The notes under the pieces: model-generated
Database searches by the model: none
Told to the model about the DNA's origin: nothing
What the model saw: the letters and a program-made list of their open reading frames with translations, nothing else
From: Oculina patagonica
Taxonomy: Eukaryota
NCBI RefSeq assembly: GCF_052425735.1
Contig: NC_135761.1
Coordinates: 44,516,001-44,580,000, forward strand
Direction: 5' to 3'
Length of the DNA: 64,000 nt
Position numbers and translations under genes: made by a program
Part shown: positions 38,001 to 47,754 of the stretch, one piece after another
Position numbering within the stretch: position 1 is the stretch's first letter
Layout of the letters: each line of letters starts with the position of its first letter

Positions 38001-41000
38001 TGAAGCACAGTGAAGATGGTGGCCCTTATGCCTCGCGAACGTGTATTGGATGGGTTGTGAACGGTCCTCTAGGGCGTTATCACGAAGGCCCGCATGCCAC
38101 CAGTTTATTCATCAAAGCCGATCCTGAGTTTCATCAGATGGTGAGAAATTTCTACGATAGCGGTTTCAGTGAATCAAGCGCTGAGGACAAACCTGAAATG
38201 TCACAAGAAGAGATCCGTTTCATGTCCGAGCTGGAGAGTACCGTGGTCTTGAAAGATGGACACTACGAAATTGCGTTGCCTTTAAAAGATCGTAATGCAC
38301 CACCACCTAACAACTACCCGCAAGCCATGCAGCGTGCTCTCTGGCTGAAAAAGAAGCTTCAACGCAATTGGAACTTGTACAACGATTACAAGGGGTTCAT
38401 GGCGGACATTATAGACAAAGGATTCGCCCGCAAAATTCCAGCGGATCACCAGAAATCCAGTGACGTGAAATGGTACATACCGCACCACGGCGTTTACCAC
38501 CCGCATAAGCCCGGGAAGATACGCGTGGTATTTGATTGTTCTGCCAAATATCAAGGCAAGTCGCTCAATGATCTGCTGCTCAATGGTCCGGATTTAACGA
38601 ACACTCTATTTGGAGTCCTAATGAGATTTCGACAGGAGAGAATTGCACTTATGGCAGACATTGAATCGATGTTTTATCAAGTAAGAGTAGCTGAGGCGGA
38701 TACTACGTATCTTCGCTTTCTTTGGTGGCCTGATGGCAACTTGGAAGGTGAGCTTGAAGAATACCAGATGGTTGTACACTTATTTGGAGCCGCCTCTTCT
38801 CCTGCATGCTCCAATTTTGCCCTGCGCAAAACTGCGGAAGACAACAGTGAACACTTTCCAGAGGAGGTAGTGAGCACAGTTAAGAACAACTTCTACGTAG
38901 ACGACTGTCTTAAATCTTTACCATCAGTTGACGAGGCTTCACAGCACGCAAGTGACCTACGGTCTATGCTTTCAAGAGGCGGTTTTAGACTGACGAAATG
39001 GATAAGCAATAGTCGCCAAGTCCTGGAAACTATTCCCGAAGCTGAACGCGCCAAGGAAGTAAAAGCTCTTGACCTAAGCAAGGATGACCTTCCAGTTGAA
39101 AGGGCTCTTGGTGTCAAATGGTGTGTGGAAACAGACACCTTCGGTTTCAAAGTGGAGGTTAAGCACAAACCACCCACACGACGAGGCATTCTTTCAGTCG
39201 TCAGTTCTGTTTATGACCCCTTGGGTCTCGTTGCACCCTTCGTGTTACCAGCTAAACGGTTGCTTCAGGACCTTTGTCGCATCAAGCTAGAATGGGACGA
39301 CCCAATTCCCTCAGAGCCTAAAGTTCGCTGGGAGCGTTGGATGGCGGATCTTCCCAAACTATCACAATTTTCTGTTGAGCGCTGTGTTAAGCCTGCTGGA
39401 TTCGGTGTTATCTCATCAAGTCAGTTACACCATTTTTCAGATGCTTCCGAGGCCGGTTTTGGTTCAGTTTCTTATCTTCGTCTCACCAACGAACATGGCG
39501 ATGTGCACTGCTCCTTCCTTTGTTCGAAATCACGTGTGGCACCTATTAAATCGATCACGATTCCACGCCTAGAGTTATCCGCCGCAACAGTCTCTGTCAA
39601 GCAAGACAAGGTCTTAAGGAGAGAATTAGAGATTCCAATCGACGCCCAGTCCGTTTTCTGGACAGATAGCACCGCAGTATTGCGCTATGTCAAGAACGAG
39701 ACGAGACGGTATCACACCTTCGTGGCCAATCGGGTTGCTGTTATTCGCGATGGCTCTGAGCCTCATCAATGGAAGCATGTCAGTGGTGAAAAGAACCCTG
39801 CAGACGACGTTTCCCGCGGTTTGACAGCCGACGTCTTCCTTCGTCGAGAGCGATGGTTGACGGGGCCGGAATTTCTCTGGAAACCTGAGTACATGTGGCC
39901 AATGCAGTTGGAGGCGTTAAGCGTCATCCCCGACGAAGATCCGGAGGTGAAAACGGAAGTTAAAGTGTGCACTTCTTCTTTAAAGAAGCCGAGCAGCTCT
40001 CTCTCGGATTATTTCCAGAAATGTTCTTCTTGGAACCACCTTAAGAAGGCTGTCGCCTGGCTCATGCGTTACAGAGAAAACCTTCTAAATAGGAGTAAAC
40101 ACAACAAGTTGAATCACGATGTTCCCAAATACATCACCGTTGAAGAGATGGAGAGAGCAGAGCGAGAAATTCTAAGGCATGTTCAGAGAAGAGCCTTCCC
40201 CGAGGAGGTTAATCATCCCGAGAAACCAGTCAAGAAGAAAAGCCGCCTGTACAAGCTCGATCCGATCGTTGTTGATGGGCTCTTATGCGTTGGAGGCCGT
40301 TTGCGTAGAGCTTCTCTACCCTCAGAATCAAAGAATCAGATTATTCTCCCGAAAGAAGATCACACTACCAGATTGATAATCGACCACTATCACAGGATTT
40401 GCGGACACTCCGGCAGAGAACACGTCCTGGCCTTGGCTAGAGAGAGGTTTTGGATCACTCAAGGAAGTTCAACTGTGAAAAGTGTTCTAGCTGAGTGCGT
40501 GAGCTGCCGTCGTCGTCAAGCACCTCTATGTCAGCAGAAAATGGCCGACTTACCAGAATGCCGCGTTTTGCCTGACAAGCCACCCTTCACATCAGTCGGC
40601 GTAGACTATTTTGGGCCCTTCCAAGTCCGTCGTGGGCGTTGCCTCGTAAAGAGATATGGCGTAATCTTTACATGTCTAGCAATTCGAGCTGTACATATCG
40701 AGATAGCGCACAGCCTAAACACCGACTCGTTCCTGCTAGCCCTGCGGCGATTCATTACCAAGAGAGGCCAAGTGAAGGAAATTTATTCAGACAACGGGTC
40801 AAACTTCACCAGTGGTGAGCGAGAGCTGCGTGAAGCTATCTCAGAATGGAATCAGGAAAAGATCCACAATTCTCTGTTGCAGGAGAGCATCAAGTGGTCC
40901 TTTAGCCCACCGTATGGATCTCACTTTGGGGGCATTTGGGAGAGATGCATTCGAACCATTCGGAAGATCCTTCGAGCCTTGCTACGAGAGCAGATCACTG

Positions 41001-41990
41001 ATGATGAAAGTTTAGCCACTTTAATGTGCGAAGTCGAAAGCATCATGAATAGTCGACCCATCACGACTGTGTCCAGTGATCCAAATGACTTGGAGCCTTT
41101 GACGCCCAACCACCTCTTGCTGCTCAAATCAGAAATCCCTTTACCTCCTGGTTTATTCAAGAAAGAAGATTTGCTTTCGCGCCGTCGGTGGAAACAAGTC
41201 CAGTATTTGGCTGATATTTTTTGGAGAAGATGGAGCAAGGAATATCTTCCCCTTCTACAACTTAGACAGAAGTGGGTGCACCCTAAAAGGAATTTGGCTG
41301 TTGGTGATGTTGTTTTGGTTGCAACGGAAGCATCGCATCGCAATTCCTGGCCGCTAGGAAGAGTCGTCGAAACCTTCCCAGATAAAAGAGGTTTTGTTCG
41401 CCGAGTCAAAGTCCGCACCAAGTCAGCTGTTTACGAAAGGCCTGTTGACAAGCTCTGCCTTCTTATTGAAGGAGAATGTAAAGAGGACATAGACACTAAA
41501 GATTAAGAGACATTTAATAAACATTTACTCAGTTCTTTATACGCATTTGCATTGCGTGACTATTTTTGCATCGTTATCAGATGGTGTTAAGATCCAAGCG
41601 TATATTTAAGTGACTCGTATTATCTCGCACTTAGGGGCCGGGATGTTGGATCTTACATATTTCGCGCCCTTTCAGATCCCTTAGGAATTCTATTATATCA
41701 TTAGCTTTTGTTTTTACTTTTATATTTAAATTCACGGCGTCGTTTAGTTAGTTTTCCGTCATAGTGTTGTACGAGCTGTAGCGCAGTTTTCTGCAGTTTT
41801 CGCCTGTCTTATACAGATAACCACTTTCGCGGCCACAGCGCCAAAAAAATTTTAAACCTCGCTAAATACCTCGCTAAAGACATCGCTTAAGACACTGAAC
41901 TTCAATCTAAATATACTGTTTACCGTGTGAGAGTTTACTATTGTGTTGTTTACTGGTCGCGAGAATTTATTTCGCCTTATGGCAGCTACA
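35073..41990 (+). mobile_element. Intact BEL/Pao LTR retrotransposon; LTRs 35073-35419 and 41644-41990
   Basis: 347-bp TG...CA LTRs that look identical, 5-bp TSD GGCAT (35068-35072, 41991-41995), purine-rich tract AGGGGCCGGGA before the 3' LTR, single long ORF. Confidence 0.96.
35453..41506 (+). CDS. BEL/Pao Gag-Pol polyprotein, 2017 aa
   Basis: Three Cys/His knuckles, protease FLDSGS, RT FYVDD, RNase H HHFSDAS / TIPRLEL / WTDS / NPADDVSRG, integrase HHCC plus GVDYFGP / SDNGSNF / GGIWER, C-terminal WPLGRV. Confidence 0.95.
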   Translation: MDAIQEVPDDPGVRASARTRVPSKHLDQEGVLFEKLRRLKKERSGYLSAVTSKRNEIDALLLYEENIQLVKEKMPGFLAAFEAFKEAHVTYLSNLQDETSATRCQEQFDYESSQADNFCQKVREWIRSVEFSLSLNSEINPEDSASQIASRTYSKSSARQSRRSNRSGSQRSSTSSLTVVRAKEIARIAELKAEAAAFKKRQALEEQRFRLQQEQERLTLETEIAKSEAKQQILATIMEADPRSFVPCPTTFVPKVSKGNVPTPSVTGNKPLPVKDGRHSTVDPELPDHELFKLPELPDKKACPAESEHSAASSSPSLRAFNEMLELHQHQNDLQRQQNKIVEMLATQQKKSNLPQQRVPVFDGDPIEYGPFVRAFENIIETKTSDSNERLYYLEQFTSGDVKELVRSCHFLPPDKGYQEARRLLKKKFGDDYRVVTAYESKALNWPEVKPEDSTSLNKFSIFLMRCKNAMVSSKYLSKLEQPDTIQKLIMKLPFNLRRTWRRLVDRIMETEERNVSFSDLAEFVENEARVNDNPVFGKIVEDAKPKQSSRSSRPPKKPDEKKKSFGAQVSGDKNPPAGAQMSDVQTPPTGVSPLGSAPSTVDVLCSYCNSGHALDTCDALRRLPYQDRIQFLVSKHLCFGCLSADHTARACPEKKTCTVANCGKKHLTILHTNTASRNRPTDTPSTGTSPTEESARVRNAMINLPRSKIGMAVVPVKVWSKSTRTQVMTYAFLDSGSSSSFCTESLMKQLGVSGSRTQISLTTLEKKNSLLDSFVVKDLVISDLDENVLIDLPALYTRPEIPISKGDIPTQRDIDQWPHLCGVHLPEVNAEIGLLIACDVPTVFDPLEVKHSEDGGPYASRTCIGWVVNGPLGRYHEGPHATSLFIKADPEFHQMVRNFYDSGFSESSAEDKPEMSQEEIRFMSELESTVVLKDGHYEIALPLKDRNAPPPNNYPQAMQRALWLKKKLQRNWNLYNDYKGFMADIIDKGFARKIPADHQKSSDVKWYIPHHGVYHPHKPGKIRVVFDCSAKYQGKSLNDLLLNGPDLTNTLFGVLMRFRQERIALMADIESMFYQVRVAEADTTYLRFLWWPDGNLEGELEEYQMVVHLFGAASSPACSNFALRKTAEDNSEHFPEEVVSTVKNNFYVDDCLKSLPSVDEASQHASDLRSMLSRGGFRLTKWISNSRQVLETIPEAERAKEVKALDLSKDDLPVERALGVKWCVETDTFGFKVEVKHKPPTRRGILSVVSSVYDPLGLVAPFVLPAKRLLQDLCRIKLEWDDPIPSEPKVRWERWMADLPKLSQFSVERCVKPAGFGVISSSQLHHFSDASEAGFGSVSYLRLTNEHGDVHCSFLCSKSRVAPIKSITIPRLELSAATVSVKQDKVLRRELEIPIDAQSVFWTDSTAVLRYVKNETRRYHTFVANRVAVIRDGSEPHQWKHVSGEKNPADDVSRGLTADVFLRRERWLTGPEFLWKPEYMWPMQLEALSVIPDEDPEVKTEVKVCTSSLKKPSSSLSDYFQKCSSWNHLKKAVAWLMRYRENLLNRSKHNKLNHDVPKYITVEEMERAEREILRHVQRRAFPEEVNHPEKPVKKKSRLYKLDPIVVDGLLCVGGRLRRASLPSESKNQIILPKEDHTTRLIIDHYHRICGHSGREHVLALARERFWITQGSSTVKSVLAECVSCRRRQAPLCQQKMADLPECRVLPDKPPFTSVGVDYFGPFQVRRGRCLVKRYGVIFTCLAIRAVHIEIAHSLNTDSFLLALRRFITKRGQVKEIYSDNGSNFTSGERELREAISEWNQEKIHNSLLQESIKWSFSPPYGSHFGGIWERCIRTIRKILRALLREQITDDESLATLMCEVESIMNSRPITTVSSDPNDLEPLTPNHLLLLKSEIPLPPGLFKKEDLLSRRRWKQVQYLADIFWRRWSKEYLPLLQLRQKWVHPKRNLAVGDVVLVATEASHRNSWPLGRVVETFPDKRGFVRRVKVRTKSAVYERPVDKLCLLIEGECKEDIDTKD

Positions 41991-42027
41991 GGCATAGACA
42001 AACGTTCGTGAGTGATTTTCGAATGTC

Positions 42028-42250
42028 ATGAATAAATTTCGACTGCGTAGACGCGTAGCCACTTCCTAGTAAACTTCGAGAGCTATGAATAAATTTCGAC
42101 TGCGTAGACGCGTAGACGCGTAGCCACTTTCCTGGTAAACTTCGAGAGCTATGAATAAATTTCGACCGCGTAGACGCGTAGACGCGTAGCCACTTTCCTA
42201 GTAAACTTCGAGAGCTATGAATAAATTTTGTCGGCGTATACGCGTAGCCG
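42028..42250. repeat. ~57-66-bp tandem repeat, ~3.5 copies, with CGCGTAG(A/C)C subunits
   Basis: ATGAATAAATTTCGACTGCGTAGACGCGTAGCCACTT...AAACTTCGAGAGCT repeated. Confidence 0.85.
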
Positions 42251-42396
42251 AGTAGCTGGCTGCACAGTGTAGCTAGAAATGCGGGGTATTCTGCAATTGC
42301 TCCAAATATTGCGTTGCGAAAAAGATCTCGGCTGGAACTGTCAACAAAGATTGGGATGTCAGCCAGAAATTTGCAATGGAAATTTAAAACACAGAA

Positions 42397-45300
42397 ATGT
42401 CACGTAAATTTAAAATCATTTCTCTAAATGTGAGAGGATTACGAAATCAGAACAAAAGAGGAGCGATATTTTCCTATTTGAAATCACAAAAGGCAACCTT
42501 GTATTGTCTTCAGGAAACTTACTCTCAATCTAATGATGAACAGGTGTGGTCCCTGGAGTGGGGCGGACAAATGATTTTTTCTCACGGGACTGCACACTCA
42601 AAAGGTGTGTGCATGTTACTAAATCCCAATTCAACCTTTCAGCTTTGCAATATCCAAACCGATCCTCAGGGGCGATATATAATTGCAAAAATTACAATCG
42701 ACGAGCTGCCCTTTTTGTCGTTAATATTTATGCTCCGAATGACTACCGCGAACAAGAAATGTTCATTCAAAATTTAACCGAATACATTATATCAAAGTCA
42801 GATACCTCTAGACTTATTGCCTCCGGCGATTGGAATGTTGCTCTTAATCAAACAGATAAACGCGGTGGCCTACCATGGAAAGCAACAGCTTACAGAAATG
42901 CCGTTGTTGATCTTATGGACGAACTTAATCTAATTGACATATATCGACATTTACATCCGAATGCTAAAACATTTACATATGAATCAAAACCTTTAAAGTT
43001 AAAATCAAGAATCGATTTTTTCCTTGTCTCTCATGCGTTATCTCTCGATGTGCTCAAATCCGAAACCCGCACGTCCATTGCTCCCGACCATAAATCAATA
43101 TTTCTATGCTTAGAAATCAAAAGTGATTTCAAAAGAGGACCCGGTTTGTGGAAATTTAACAACACTCTGTTAGAAGACGAAAGCTATAAAGTACTTATCG
43201 AATTTAAATATCCGCTGATACAAGCAAAATACTCTGAGCTTTCAGACAAGCAATTATTATGGGAACTAATAAAAATGGAGCTCCGCTCCACAACCATTAA
43301 ATATTCAAAACAAAAAAGAAGTGAACTGAAGACCAAAGAGCAATCTCTTCAGAAAGAATTACAAGAACTTGACTTTAAAATTTGCAACGGCGATGTGCTA
43401 GATGAGGTCATACTTGACAGATACGAAACCGCTAAAGAAGAATTGAAAAAAATTCACGAATCCAGAGGAAAAGAGGCTATGTTTAGATCAAAAACAAAAT
43501 GGTTGGAACATGGTGAAAAACCAACCAAATATTTTTATAATTTAGAGAAGACTAATTATGATAAAAAATGTATCCGCGAGATTAAATTAGAAAATGAGGA
43601 GATCACTTCGAATTTCACGATGATAAACAAGGAAATCGAAAACTTCTATAAAAATATGTATACTTCAAAGGTTGATAATATACAAACATCGCAGCCAAGT
43701 AAAGGTTTCAGTGATTACATCAAGGATATCAATACACCCCGATTGAGCAAGGAAGAACAAGAGGATCTGGATCAAAGTTTATCATGTCAAGAACTAAAAG
43801 ATGCACTGAACTGTTTTGCTGAAAACAAAACTCCAGGTGAAGATGGCTTCACAAAAGAATTTTACGTCGCTTTCTTTGACCTTCTATGGGGCGACCTTCT
43901 TAATTCGTATAACGAAGCTTTCAGTAAAGGCATACTATCCATCTCCCAGAGAAGAGGGACAATAACACTCCTTCCTAAAGGTGATACTTACCTGACAGAT
44001 CTGACAAACTGGCGACCTATATCTCTTCTAAACATCGACTACAAAATTCTGACTAAGATTCTGGCATTGAGACTAGAAAAATATTTACCCAAGTTGATTC
44101 ATGGCGACCAAACGGGATTCGTTAAAGGGAGATACATAGGTCAAAATATAAGACTCATGAGTGACTTAATGGAAGACCTAGATCAAAAGAATCTATCTGG
44201 AATTTTTCTATTTATCGATTTTGAAAAGGCTTTCGACACTTTAGAATGGAGTTTTATTCTGGATACTCTTAAAGTTTTTAACTTCGGTTCAAACTTCATC
44301 AAATGGTTCTCTACTATTTATAATGGCTCTCAAAGCGCCGTATTGAATGGTGGCTACCTGACAAATTACTTTGAAATATCTAGGGGGGTAAGACAGGGCT
44401 GTCCTCTTAGTCCTTTTCTTTTTATTCTTGCGGTTGAGTTATTAGGTTTAAAGATCCGTCAAGACCCAACTTGCACAGGCATACTACTTCCAAATAATAC
44501 GGTTGCAAAAATTTCACAGTTTGCGGATGACACAACTATTATTGCCGACAATACGACTTCTTTTAAGTCTTGCTTACAAATTTTAAATTGGTTCGGGTCC
44601 CTCTCTAGACTTAAATTAAATAAAAAGAAAACTCAAGCAATGTGGCTAGGATCTATGAAACAAAGTAACTTAAAGATTCTTGATTTTAGAACTACCAAGG
44701 ATCCGATTAAAGTTCTCGGAGCCTTTTTATCGTACAATCAAGGAAAGAACATCGAAGCTAATTTTTTCGCAAAAATCCGGAAAATGAAAACCAAATTGAA
44801 CTTGTGGCTATCAAGAGATCTTACCCTTTATGGAAAGTCGCTTCTAGCTAAATCGCTAGGTGTCTCTCAACTTATATATGCAGCATCTATGCTTTCTGTC
44901 CCAGGGAACGTCATCAAAATGGTTCAGTCTCAGTTATTCTCTTTTTTGTGGAACAACAAAAAAGATAAAATCAAGAGAGCTGTCATGTACCAACCGCTTA
45001 AGCATGGAGGTGTAAATTTTGTCAACTTTGAAACTGTTGTTAAATCTTTACGCCTGGCCTGGATTAGCAGACTATTGAGTAACTCTGAAGATGTATGGAA
45101 AGCAATCCCAAATCACTACCTTTCACAATATGGGGGTTTGTCATTTCTTCTCCGGTGTAATTTTAATCCTGTCTCCATAGACAAAAAAATGCCGCTCTTT
45201 TACAGAGAACTTCTGTTTTACTTTCAGGAATTAAAACAAGGTAAAGGCCTTTTCCCGTATGGCGAATATATACTTTGGAATAACGAGACTATAACTATAG

Positions 45301-46145
45301 AAAATAAACCTTTATTTTGGAAAACCTGGTTTGACCAAGGGATTTACTTTGTACAAGACCTCTTAGACTCAAGCGGAAACTTCCTGTCTTTTAGCGAATT
45401 TCAAAATAAATTTCAGATTAAGACAAACTATTTACACTACTTTCAGTTAATTGCAGCAATTCCTTCAAATTTAAAAAAGAAAGCTAAAGACTATAAGCCG
45501 TCCTCAGATAGTCTGTATTCGACCATCATAGCTCTTTCTCCAGCTGGGTCGGAAATAACTTTAGATTTAGCAAACATGCGCTGCAAACACTACTATAAAC
45601 TCTTCAATGAAAACTGCAACATTGTACCTACCGGTATCAAAAAATGGAAAGATAAGTTCCCTGAAGACTTTTCTGAATGGAAGAACAAATTTTCCTTCAT
45701 CTATAGATCTTCACGAGTTAACAAGCTAAGGCAGTTTTCCTTCAAACTACTACATAGAATAATCGTTACAAAGAAAGAACTTAAAAACTATGGTCTAGCC
45801 GATAACGCAACATGCATTTTTTGTCAAAATCCCGATTCGATTGAACACGCTTTTTTAGATTGTAACATTACAACATCCTTTTGGTCGGACGCTTTTGCTT
45901 GGTTTAATCAAGCTCATAGCTCTGCTTTCTTTTTTTCGAGTAAACAGATAACTTTTAATGATATTACCGCTACTGCCGCATATCAGGTGTCTGATCCCCC
46001 AACAAAACACAGATTACACCTGTTCATCATTTACCTTAAACAGTATTTATATAACTGTAAAAGGCTTGAAAGAAAACCCCATCTTCAAGAGTTCAGAAGA
46101 AAAATGTTGCTGCAATGGAAAATAGAAAAATGCGCTCCTCCTTAA
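42397..46145 (+). CDS. LINE ORF2p (APE endonuclease, RT, C-terminal zinc finger) with one frameshift at the T run 42712-42716
   Basis: IISLNVRGL, LQET, then in the other frame VNIYAPN, GDWN, SRIDFF, PDH, NWRPISLLN, GVRQGCPLSP, QFADD, CIFCQNPDSIEHAFLDC. Confidence 0.9.
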
Positions 46146-46363
46146 CGTCTTTCCAGTGTGTCTGTTAACATGTACTGAATAATCAATATCCGTCAGAAAA
46201 CTTAAATGTAAAGTCAAATTGTAATTAACGTCCCTTTCTTTTCAACTGTAACTTTTATCTTGACCTAGCCTGTAAACCTTGCTGTAATTTCTTTTTATTT
46301 AAGAAAGTAGTATTAGTTTCCTGTTAATCATCAGTGGTTTGTATTACATTGTTTGAATAAATG

Positions 46364-46394
<31 letters not shown>

Positions 46395-46396
<2 letters not shown>

Positions 46397-46666
46397 AGAG
46401 GTAGTTCTCCAAGGATAGTTGTTAACAGGGAGGATTTTCCACTTCCCACTGAACCTGTTACTGCTAACATGTCACCATCAAAAACATTGAAAGTAATACC
46501 ACTCAAGGTCTCAGTGAGATCCTGGCTCCAAGAACAAGATGCGTCAGATATTGAGAGATAAGGCGTTTTTGAGCTCTCGCTTTTCGTTTCTTCACTGGTT
46601 AATTTGGCAGTTACTTTGCCTACTGATGTCTTCAATTGAACCTCGCGAAATATGCTAGAGAAAATA
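46395..46666. repeat. Right copy of the 272-bp target-site duplication
   Basis: Starts directly after the poly(A) tail; matches 32865-33136. Confidence 0.93.
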
Positions 46667-47371
46667 GTTGCAGTCCTTGAGGGTGTTGAGTTGGCGGTAA
46701 GTTTATGAAGACTTCCGTCTACTGGCTCCTCTAGCTTTCTGAAACTAGTCAACTGGACAGTCTTTTCATTATTCTTATTATTCGTAGTTTTCACGAGACT
46801 GAATTGTTCTGTCGAGAGCTGATGTTTTATGTTTATCTCACCGGTAATGTCAAACTGTGATGGTTCCTTGGTAAGAAATGCCTGCATCCTATCGACTGCT
46901 ACTTTTGCATCTGCAACCATTTGCACGGCAATACTTAAGCTGTAACAAAATGTTGACCGTAGCGTCATTATACCAAAAAGAACAGTAAATACCTCAAAGG
47001 ATGATAGGTAACTTCCTGTTAAGACCAACGTTGTTACAGAAATCAGGGCAGCAATTGGAAGAGTCGTAAAGTACAAAACAATTAGCATCGAAAATATGAG
47101 GCCTTTTAAGCGAATCAATGACATCTCCTTCCTGCAAAAAAAGTATACATAAACATGAAAATGTGTCTGGTTTTAAAGTTTGCAATAAAAAAAAATAGTA
47201 AACTTGACAAGCCCTCGAGTTGACAAGCGTAAAAGCTGGGAGTATCCTCTTTTAAATAAGCGTCTTGTGGAGTGTTATTTCATTTCATTTCTGAATTATT
47301 TTTATCTTATTTGTACTAAGCAACCTAACTTGAACATACGCTGGCCTAATGATGTGGCCATTGAACCTTAA

Positions 47372-47754
47372 AGGGGCTAGGTCACGGTATTTTAGGTAAT
47401 TCTATTTATTTTCGTTAATTAAGAGCTCTAAACTTCAAATTGGCAGAGCAAAAGTCTTTTATTGGCAAAATCACGGCCACGTAGCAAACAAGGACGATTT
47501 CTGAGTATTGTAAATGACACTTTCGAACAAATTGAGATAAACTTGAAAATGGTCGTGCCGACGTTTTTCAAGTTTACCCGAGCGCAATCCGTTTTAATCT
47601 TCTCAAATTTTTCACATCCGTTCCCGTTTTTGGCCTCTCTGTGTTTCTTTTGAGTTTTTCTATAGTGTTAAGCCGTTATTGTGATATATATTTTTTAATT
47701 CTATGACCAGTTGGTCAGTGCCGAAATTGCCTAAAATTGTGTGATATACCCCCT
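47372..47754. mobile_element. Kolobok-like MITE in ABCC4 intron 2
   Basis: TTAA|AGGGGCTAGGTCACGGTATTTTAGGTAATT ... AATTGCCTAAAATTGTGTGATATACCCCCT|TTAA. Confidence 0.7.

Larger units (their letters stand above)
34552..42303. mobile_element. Non-autonomous DNA transposon (~830 bp without the BEL insert) with an 8-bp TSD; superfamily uncertain (Merlin/Zisupton-like)
   Basis: GGCTAAATTGCAGAATACCCCGCA ... TGCGGGGTATTCTGCAATTGCTCC; AAATATTG at 34544-34551 and 42304-42311. Confidence 0.85.
33137..46394 (+). mobile_element. Full-length Tx1/L1-clade LINE (~5.5 kb without nested elements), antisense within ABCC4 exon 3
   Basis: 5' UTR, ORF1, ORF2 (EN-RT-zinc finger), AATAAA at ~46357, poly(A) 46368-46395, flanking direct repeat. 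Confidence 0.93.

Noticed and set aside
36055-41421. Antisense and alternate-frame ORFs over the BEL polyprotein
   Set aside because: Shadow ORFs of a long coding region, with no independent motifs.
42700-42720. Programmed -1 frameshift in LINE ORF2
   Set aside because: It falls in the middle of the endonuclease domain, there is no in-frame X XXY YYZ heptamer, and a 1-nt loss in a T run (mutation or sequencing error) explains it.
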